Position numbers and translations under genes: made by a program
The notes under the pieces: generated by a model
Databases searched by the model: none
What the model saw: only the letters and a program-made list of their open reading frames with translations
Told to the model about the DNA's origin: nothing
Origin: an uncultured Erysipelotrichaceae bacterium
Lineage (GTDB): Bacteria > Bacillota_I > Bacilli_A > Erysipelotrichales > Erysipelotrichaceae
Length of the DNA: 5,554 bases
Direction of reading: 5' to 3'
Assembly: GCA_964457525.1 (NCBI GenBank)
Contig: CAYWGS010000102.1
Location: 1-5,554, forward strand
In this document: one piece after another, positions 1 through 5,250 of the stretch
Numbering within the stretch: the stretch's first letter is position 1
Layout of the letters: each line of letters starts with the position of its first letter

Positions 1-1
1 A

Positions 2-577
2 GATATTACTGATGAGTATTTATTAGCTGACTTTAAAACATTGTTGGTTCATGAAGCAGATCAATCTTATACAGAAATTATAGGTAAACTCATTAAATGG
101 CTAAACAGTGATTTGAAAAAAGGCCTATATTTATTTGGTAACCTAGGGACAGGTAAAACTCATATTGCGATGGCTATCTTGAATTTGTTTGCTAAACAAA
201 ATAAAAAAGTAGCGTTTGTTAATTGCCCTCAGTTTGCTTATCAATTTTATAGTTCTTATACAGAAGATGATAAACGTGAACATAAATTAGATTTATTACG
301 TAATGCATTTTGCGTTGTGTTTGATGATATTGGGGCTGAAACCTATTCATCATACTTCAGAGATGAAATTCTATTCCCATTATTAAATGAGCGAATGGAG
401 AAACAAAAACTAACTATATTTACCTCAAATCACGAGTTAAAACAGTTAGCAAATCATTTCAGATTTAATCAAAAAGGGGACGATGAATCGCTTAAATCGA
501 ATCGTTTAATGGAACGTATAGAACGCATAAGCGATCCATATCTCATTGCAGGGTCAAATCGCAGATTATCACGCTAA
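2..577 (+). CDS. dnaI: Primosomal helicase loader DnaI (AAA+ DnaC/DnaI family), 5'-truncated by the window edge
   Basis: The frame stays open from position 2 (DITDEYLLADFKT...), so the TTG at 41 in the ORF track is not the real start. Walker A is GNLGTGKTH, Walker B is VVFDDIGAE and sensor-I is IFTSN. The C-terminal pattern FTSN..LKQLANHF.F.QKG.....K.NRLMERI......I.GSNRR matches my memory of Bacillus-type DnaI C-termini. Stop codon TAA at 575-577. Confidence 0.85.
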   Translation, partial: DITDEYLLADFKTLLVHEADQSYTEIIGKLIKWLNSDLKKGLYLFGNLGTGKTHIAMAILNLFAKQNKKVAFVNCPQFAYQFYSSYTEDDKREHKLDLLRNAFCVVFDDIGAETYSSYFRDEILFPLLNERMEKQKLTIFTSNHELKQLANHFRFNQKGDDESLKSNRLMERIERISDPYLIAGSNRRLSR

Positions 578-606
578 ATATGTGCTAAAAATTACACAAA
601 TCAAGT

Positions 607-626
607 GTAAAATGGTATCATTTTAC
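607..626 (+). repeat. Perfect 8-bp inverted repeat (GTAAAATG-gtat-CATTTTAC), a potential stem-loop or operator in the dnaI-pfkA spacer
   Basis: Read directly: 607-614 GTAAAATG is the exact reverse complement of 619-626 CATTTTAC, with a 4-nt loop GTAT. It ends 6 nt before the pfkA Shine-Dalgarno. No U-tract follows (TGGACTAAGG). The repeat itself is certain; its function is unknown. Confidence 0.6.
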
Positions 627-632
627 TGGACT

Positions 633-639
633 AAGGAGG
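633..639 (+). promoter_or_regulatory. Shine-Dalgarno sequence for pfkA
   Basis: AAGGAGG is a full consensus SD. It lies 7 nt upstream of ATG 647 and only 1 nt upstream of GTG 641. Confidence 0.85.
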
Positions 640-646
640 CGTGTCT

Positions 647-1609
647 ATGCTTAAACGCATTGGAGTTTTAACTTCAGGTGGAGATTCACCTGGTATGAAT
701 GCGGCAATTAGGGCTGTAACACGATCTGCGATCTCGCAAGGCGTAGAAGTCGTGGCTATTGAAGATGGTTTTAAGGGTATGGTAGAAGGCAAGATGTACT
801 TGATGAATTCTAAATCCGTCAGTGACATCATGTTTAGAGGTGGTACAATTTTAGGGTCCGCTCGTTTACCTGAATTTAAGGATATTGAAGTTCGCAAGAT
901 TGCAATATCTAAATTACAGGAATTTGGAGTTGAAGCGGTTGTGGTGATCGGTGGGGATGGTTCCTATCGTGGAGCATTAGCTTTAACTGAAATGGGTATT
1001 AATTGTATTGGATTACCTGGTACAATTGATAACGATATCGTTTCGACTGACTATACAATCGGATTTGATACAGCACTCAATACAGTCATACAAAATATTG
1101 ACAAATTAAGAGATACAAGTTCATCCCATCATCGCTGTTCGGTGGTAGAGGTAATGGGAAATAAATGTGGTGATTTAGCCTTGTTTTCAGGTCTAAGTTG
1201 TGGAGCTGAAATGATTATTACGGCTGAAACCGGTTATGATGAACAAGAAGTATTAAAAAGATTAAGAGAATTAGATGAGAATAGAAAAAAGAAACACGCC
1301 ATTGTAGTCATAAGTGAAAAGATTACAGATGTTGAGATGTTGGCAAGCAAAATTAGTAAGTTTACTAGTTTTTCGGGTCGTTCTACCGTCTTAGGTCATA
1401 TCCAAAGAGGGGGTTCACCAACCGCATTCGATCGTGTTTTAGCGACTCGTATGGGAGATTATGCAGTTGAGTTATTGGTCAAAGGAGTCGGTGGGCATTG
1501 TGTTGGTTTAGTCGATAATAAGATTACTTCTTTTCCGATTGAAGAAGCATTAGCATTACCAAGACCATCTCGCAAGCAGTTGTTTGGCTTGCACCAACGT
1601 TTAATATAG
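647..1609 (+). CDS. pfkA: ATP-dependent 6-phosphofructokinase (PfkA family)
   Basis: Hallmark motifs are present: GVLTSGGDSPGMNAAIR, VVIGGDGSYRGA, GLPGTIDND and LGHIQRGGSPTAFDR. The protein is colinear with E. coli PfkA as I remember it, and the N-terminus MLKRIGVLTSGGD has the same length as E. coli MIKKIGVLTSGGD. The start is moved from the track's GTG 641 to ATG 647 on SD spacing. Stop codon TAG at 1607-1609. Confidence 0.97.
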   Translation: MLKRIGVLTSGGDSPGMNAAIRAVTRSAISQGVEVVAIEDGFKGMVEGKMYLMNSKSVSDIMFRGGTILGSARLPEFKDIEVRKIAISKLQEFGVEAVVVIGGDGSYRGALALTEMGINCIGLPGTIDNDIVSTDYTIGFDTALNTVIQNIDKLRDTSSSHHRCSVVEVMGNKCGDLALFSGLSCGAEMIITAETGYDEQEVLKRLRELDENRKKKHAIVVISEKITDVEMLASKISKFTSFSGRSTVLGHIQRGGSPTAFDRVLATRMGDYAVELLVKGVGGHCVGLVDNKITSFPIEEALALPRPSRKQLFGLHQRLI

Positions 1610-1612
1610 GAG
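1608..1612 (+). promoter_or_regulatory. Shine-Dalgarno sequence for pyk, overlapping the pfkA stop codon
   Basis: AGGAG at 1608-1612 shares two bases with the pfkA TAG (1607-1609). A 7-nt spacer separates it from ATG 1620. This arrangement suggests translational coupling. Confidence 0.8.
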
Positions 1613-1619
1613 AAATAAA

Positions 1620-3044
1620 ATGAAACAAATTCGTAAAACAAAGATTATATGCACATTAGGTCCAGCAACTGAAACACCAGAGATGGTCACAAAATTAGCT
1701 GAAGCAGGGATGAACATTGTTCGTCTAAACTTCTCTCATGGTGATCACAAGACTCATGGCGAACGTATTAAAATGGTACGTGAAGTCAGTGATGTGGCTG
1801 GATACAACCTTGGTATCATGCTTGATACAAAGGGACCAGAAATTCGTTGTGGTGAAATGACCGGTGGTATTTTAACTTTTACAAAAGGGGATACAGTCAA
1901 GGTTGTTAAGGAACCCGTACTTGGTACCAATGAACGTTTCCATGTTGATTGCCCAGAAATGTATGCCGATGTTAAACCAGGTAACTACTTATTAATCGAT
2001 GATGGAAAAATGCGTTTAACCATCACGGATGTTCAACCAGGTGAATTAACTTGCCGTATTGAAAACTCGGGTGTTATCAAAACACGTAAGGGTGTTAATG
2101 TACCAAATGTTAAACTTTCGATGCCATTCATTTCTGAAAAGGATGAAAGTGATTTACGTTTTGGTTGTCAAATGGATGTAGACTTCATAGCCGCAAGCTT
2201 TGTACGTCGTGCATCAGATGTTTTGTCCATTCGTAAGATTTTATTATCGGAAGGTAAGTCAAAGATTCAAATTATCGCAAAGATTGAGAACCAAGAAGGT
2301 TACGATAATTTAGATGAAATCTTAGAAGTGTCCGATGGAGTCATGGTTGCGCGTGGTGATTTAGGGGTTGAAGTAAGTACGCAACTTGTGCCTATTTATC
2401 AAAAGAAGATTATTAAGCGTGCGAATGAATTGGGTAAACCAGTTATTACTGCAACACATATGTTAGAGTCTATGATGGCAAATCCTCGTCCTACTCGTGC
2501 TGAGGCAAGTGACGTTGCGAATGCGGTATTAGATGGTAGTGATGCGATTATGTTAAGTGGTGAAACAGCTGCTGGTGAATATCCATTAGAAGCGGTTAAA
2601 ACGATGGATACCATTGCGCTTGCGATGGAAGAAATTCTACCTTACCGTGAACGTTTAGACCAAGCGATTAAGTCATCTCGTAAAACAATTCAAGATGCGA
2701 TTGGTATTTCTGTTGCGGATTCCGCATTACAACTTGATAAAGTTAAAGCAATTGTAGCGTTTACTCAAGGTGGATCAACTGCTCGTCGTATTAGTAAATT
2801 CCGTCCGATTGTTCCAATCTTTGCGGTAACATTTACAAAATCTGTTCAACGTAAACTAGAATCTCATTGGGGGGTAATTCCTATCCTATCCGATATTCAG
2901 AATGAAATGACAAATGATGATGAACTCGCAACAATCATTGCGAAGGATCGTGGATTGGTTCGTGGGGATTATGTCATTATTACAGCTGGATATCCTACAG
3001 GTGAGGGTACCGCTAATATGATGAAGATTGTAGAAATTAAATAA
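1620..3044 (+). CDS. pyk: Pyruvate kinase (474 aa, no extra C-terminal PEP-utilizer-like domain)
   Basis: Motifs present: KIICTLGPA, VRLNFSHGDH, DTKGPEIR, AKIENQEG, MVARGDLGVE and NPRPTRAEASDVANAVLDGSDAIMLSGETAAGEYPLEAV. The length fits the core A/B/C domains only. The gene ends with tandem stops TAA TAA (3042-3047). Confidence 0.97.
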   Translation: MKQIRKTKIICTLGPATETPEMVTKLAEAGMNIVRLNFSHGDHKTHGERIKMVREVSDVAGYNLGIMLDTKGPEIRCGEMTGGILTFTKGDTVKVVKEPVLGTNERFHVDCPEMYADVKPGNYLLIDDGKMRLTITDVQPGELTCRIENSGVIKTRKGVNVPNVKLSMPFISEKDESDLRFGCQMDVDFIAASFVRRASDVLSIRKILLSEGKSKIQIIAKIENQEGYDNLDEILEVSDGVMVARGDLGVEVSTQLVPIYQKKIIKRANELGKPVITATHMLESMMANPRPTRAEASDVANAVLDGSDAIMLSGETAAGEYPLEAVKTMDTIALAMEEILPYRERLDQAIKSSRKTIQDAIGISVADSALQLDKVKAIVAFTQGGSTARRISKFRPIVPIFAVTFTKSVQRKLESHWGVIPILSDIQNEMTNDDELATIIAKDRGLVRGDYVIITAGYPTGEGTANMMKIVEIK

Positions 3045-3052
3045 TAATCTAT

Positions 3053-3057
3053 AGGGG
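3053..3057 (+). promoter_or_regulatory. Shine-Dalgarno-like sequence for the ROK kinase gene
   Basis: AGGGG lies 6 nt upstream of ATG 3064. Confidence 0.6.
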
Positions 3058-3063
3058 TAAAAC

Positions 3064-3963
3064 ATGAAAACGGTAATTGGAATTGATTTAGGCGGCACTA
3101 ATGTACGTGTTGCGAAAGTTACAGAAGATGGCCAAATATTACAAGTAGTTTCCGCACCTTCTCATGCATTAGAAGGTACAGAGAAAGTTATGGCTAATCT
3201 AAAGGCATTAATTCGTCAAATTGATGGCCTATCAGAGGTATCTGGAATTGGTATTGGAGTTCCAGGTCCAGTAGACACGGTAAAAGGTGTTATGACAATG
3301 GCAACCAATTTACCGGGATTTGAGAATTATCCAATGGCTCAAGAGTTAGAACGTGAGTTTAACCTTCCAACATTCGTTGATAATGATGCGAATGTAGCAG
3401 GTCTTGCGGAAGCACTTGTTGGGGCTGGTAAAGGTTATAAAATTGTTTATTACATTACACATTCAACAGGAGTTGGTGGTGCTTTAGTTGCGGATGGCAA
3501 AGTTATATCTGGAAAGAATGGCTACGCAGGTGAAGTCGGTAACATCATCGTTGAGAGCGAAGGTGAAAAGATTAACCACTTAAACATTGGTGCTGCTGAA
3601 AACATCTTTAGTGGAACAGCACTTGTTCGAATTGCGAAACAAAAATTGAATCCAAATATTACTTCTGCTAAAGAGATCTTTGATTTAGCCAAAGAAGGAA
3701 ATGTTGTGGCTCAAAAGATGATTGATGATATGGCACATTCATTCGCATTACTCTGTTCTGCGATTGGACATGTTGTGGATCCACATGTATTTGTTATTGG
3801 TGGTGGTGTTTCAAAATCACATGATATGTACTTTGATAAGGTTTTAGAGAATTATAATAATCTAGTGCATGTTGGTATGCGCAATCCATTGTTCAAACGT
3901 GCTGAATTAGCAGAGCCTGGAATCATTGGAGCAGCGATGTTACCAATATCACATGGAATTTAA
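3064..3963 (+). CDS. ROK-family sugar kinase (glucokinase-like by context), atypical because it lacks the zinc-binding motif
   Basis: The N-terminal phosphate-1 motif VIGIDLGGTNVRVA, the FVDNDANVAGLAEA catalytic-loop motif and the HSTGVGGALV glycine-rich segment are typical of ROK/ASKHA kinases. There is no N-terminal HTH extension, so this is a kinase rather than a repressor. Glucose as the substrate is inferred only from family and neighbours. See the finding on the missing His/Cys motif. Confidence 0.85.
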   Translation: MKTVIGIDLGGTNVRVAKVTEDGQILQVVSAPSHALEGTEKVMANLKALIRQIDGLSEVSGIGIGVPGPVDTVKGVMTMATNLPGFENYPMAQELEREFNLPTFVDNDANVAGLAEALVGAGKGYKIVYYITHSTGVGGALVADGKVISGKNGYAGEVGNIIVESEGEKINHLNIGAAENIFSGTALVRIAKQKLNPNITSAKEIFDLAKEGNVVAQKMIDDMAHSFALLCSAIGHVVDPHVFVIGGGVSKSHDMYFDKVLENYNNLVHVGMRNPLFKRAELAEPGIIGAAMLPISHGI

Positions 3964-3968
3964 GGGAG
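3964..3968 (+). promoter_or_regulatory. Shine-Dalgarno-like sequence for the aminopeptidase gene
   Basis: GGGAG immediately follows the ROK stop TAA (3961-3963). A short 4-nt spacer separates it from ATG 3973. Confidence 0.6.
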
Positions 3969-3972
3969 ATTT

Positions 3973-5208
3973 ATGCCAAGTAAAAAATTATTGCATAAGT
4001 ATGCAGAAGTCGCAGTAAAAGTAGGTGCTAATGTTCAAAAGGGCCAACCTTTGATGATTAGTGCAAATGTCGATACAAAAGATTTTATTCGTATTTTAGT
4101 CGAAGAAGCGTATAAAGCTGGCGCATCACATGTGTCTGTTCGTTACAATGATGAAATTATTAATCATCATAATTATGAATATTGTGATTTAGATGTATTG
4201 GGAACTGTTCCAAACTACATTGTTGAACAATTTAATTATTATGTTGAAAAAGGATATGCTTTAATTTCTGTTCATGCAGAAACACCAGGTCTAATGGCTG
4301 ATATTGATCCAATTAAGATTCAAACAGCTGCAGTCGCAAATAATAAAGCATTAAAATCATGGCGTGAACATACCATGGGTAATCGTACTCAATGGTGTGT
4401 TATCTCTGTCCCTACACCAGGTTGGGCTAGACGTGTGTTCCCTGAATATACGGAAGACTTAGCCATTGATGCATTATGGGAAGCCATTTTTAATGCAGTT
4501 CGTGTTACTGAAAACAATGATCCAGTTTCTGAGTGGGAAAAACACAATGAAACATTGCATAATCACAATGAAGCATTAAACAACTATAACTTTAAGTCAC
4601 TTCACTTTAAGAATAGTTTAGGAACAGATTTAGTTGTGGAACTTATTCAAAATCATGTTTGGGCAGGTGGTAATGAGAAGAGTACGAAGGGTATTGTATT
4701 TAACCCGAATATGCCTACTGAAGAAACATTCACAATGCCTTATAAATATGGTGTTAATGGACGTGTCTATGCATCCAAACCACTTAACTATAATGGAAAT
4801 CTAATTCGTGATTTCTGGTTAGAGTTTAAAGATGGTAAAGTTGTGGATTATGATGCAAAAGAAGCGAAAGATGCATTGAAGAGTTTAATTGAGTTTGATG
4901 AAGGTTCATCTTACTTAGGTGAAGTTGCACTCATCTCTCATGATTCTCCAATCTCGAATAGTAATATACTATTTATGAATACCTTATTTGATGAAAATGC
5001 TTCTTGTCATTTAGCGTTAGGTCGTGCTTATCCAATGAATGTTAAGGGTGGCAATGACATGACTCAAGCTGAACTAGATAAATTAGGTTCAAATAATTCG
5101 ATGGAACATGAAGACTTTATGTTTGGAAGTGCAGATATGTCCATTATTGGATTAACCCAAGATGGTAAAGAAGTTGTTGTATTTAAAGATGGTAATTTTG
5201 CATTCTAA
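3973..5208 (+). CDS. pepS: Aminopeptidase, peptidase family M29 (PepS/AmpS, 'thermophilic metalloprotease' family)
   Basis: The N-terminus LLHKYAEVAVKVGANVQKGQPLMISANVD...EEAYKAGASHVSVRYNDE is the characteristic M29 opening. C-terminal candidate metal-ligand contexts are present (TEETFTMP, LGEVALI, SCHLALG, MEHEDFMF with H-x-D). The 411-aa length is typical for the family. Confidence 0.9.
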   Translation: MPSKKLLHKYAEVAVKVGANVQKGQPLMISANVDTKDFIRILVEEAYKAGASHVSVRYNDEIINHHNYEYCDLDVLGTVPNYIVEQFNYYVEKGYALISVHAETPGLMADIDPIKIQTAAVANNKALKSWREHTMGNRTQWCVISVPTPGWARRVFPEYTEDLAIDALWEAIFNAVRVTENNDPVSEWEKHNETLHNHNEALNNYNFKSLHFKNSLGTDLVVELIQNHVWAGGNEKSTKGIVFNPNMPTEETFTMPYKYGVNGRVYASKPLNYNGNLIRDFWLEFKDGKVVDYDAKEAKDALKSLIEFDEGSSYLGEVALISHDSPISNSNILFMNTLFDENASCHLALGRAYPMNVKGGNDMTQAELDKLGSNNSMEHEDFMFGSADMSIIGLTQDGKEVVVFKDGNFAF

Positions 5209-5236
5209 GTAAGTGAGAAATCATTTACTTTTTCTT
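5207..5236 (+). terminator. Candidate weak rho-independent terminator overlapping the pepS stop codon
   Basis: AAGTAAGTGA (5207-5216) pairs with TCATTTACTT (5221-5230), giving 10 pairs including one G-U, around a GAAA tetraloop (5217-5220). TTTCTT follows. Effectively this is an 8-bp core stem followed by UUUUUCUU. The stem is AU-rich with only two G-C pairs, so it is weak. Confidence 0.4.
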
Positions 5237-5239
5237 AAG

Positions 5240-5245
5240 AAAGGA
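5240..5245 (+). promoter_or_regulatory. Shine-Dalgarno-like sequence for the histidine phosphatase gene
   Basis: AAAGGA lies 5 nt upstream of ATG 5251. Confidence 0.55.
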
Positions 5246-5250
5246 TTTAT

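Noticed and set aside
2-577. The first gene could be an IS21 IstB-like or phage DnaC-like helper, because the Walker A GTGKTH resembles IstB/DnaC
   Set aside because: The C-terminal region (FTSN..QLA.HF...QKG....NRLMERI....I.GSNRR) matches chromosomal Bacillota DnaI as I recall it. No IstA, inverted repeats or phage genes are visible. The upstream context lies outside the window, so a mobile origin cannot be formally excluded.
604-628. Possible CcpA cre site (TGTAAAATGGTATCA) upstream of pfkA
   Set aside because: The cre consensus (WTGNAANCGNWNNCW, from memory) needs a central CG and 14-16 bp dyad spacing. This element has no central CG and a 20-nt geometry with a non-palindromic centre, so it is not a convincing cre.
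612-671. 19-codon plus-strand mini-ORF (MVSFYWTKEACLCLNALEF) starting inside the palindrome and overlapping the pfkA start
   Set aside because: It has no SD upstream and its start codon would be buried in the stem. Nothing suggests a leader peptide or attenuator, since there is no alternative pairing and no terminator.
631-897. 88-aa minus-strand ORF antisense to the pfkA 5' region
   Set aside because: It lies entirely within the strongly supported pfkA CDS on the opposite strand. The protein is low-complexity and Pro/Ser/Thr/Ile-rich with no recognisable motif and no SD. This is a typical shadow ORF.
1285-1291. A_AAA_AAG heptamer in the zero frame of pfkA, a dnaX-type -1 frameshift slippery site
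   Set aside because: A -1 shift would end after 8 codons (ETRHCSHK*). I see no upstream SD-like stimulator or downstream stem-loop. Lys-run codons like these are expected by chance in an AT-rich genome (protein NRKKKH).
1459-1641. 60-aa minus-strand ORF spanning the pfkA/pyk junction
   Set aside because: It is antisense to two well-supported genes, with no motif and no RBS. It is a shadow ORF.
2399-2614. 71-aa minus-strand ORF inside pyk
   Set aside because: It is antisense to the most conserved part of pyruvate kinase, with no recognisable domain. It is a shadow ORF.
3042-3047. Tandem in-frame stop codons TAA TAA at the end of pyk
   Set aside because: This is common in highly expressed genes and in AT-rich genomes, and it has no further implication.
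2886-3098. 70-aa minus-strand ORF across the pyk/ROK junction
   Set aside because: It is antisense to two supported genes. The sequence is Cys/Ile/Asn-rich and AT-driven with no motif. It is a shadow ORF.
4543-4577. 14-nt direct repeat CACAATGAA(A/G)CATT, two copies 21 nt apart, inside pepS (protein HNETL..HNEAL)
   Set aside because: It is a short in-frame duplication within a loop-like Asn/His-rich stretch of an otherwise intact M29 peptidase. It is too short and isolated to be a mobile or regulatory repeat.
607-5228. The two 20-nt hairpins bracketing the cluster look alike (GTAAAATGgtatCATTTTAC and GTAAGTGAgaaaTCATTTAC, both GTAA...TTAC with 8-bp stems and 4-nt loops)
   Set aside because: Only about 11 of 20 positions are identical, and the shared bases are A/T-rich ends expected by chance. 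This is not enough to call a repeated element or REP-like family from two copies.
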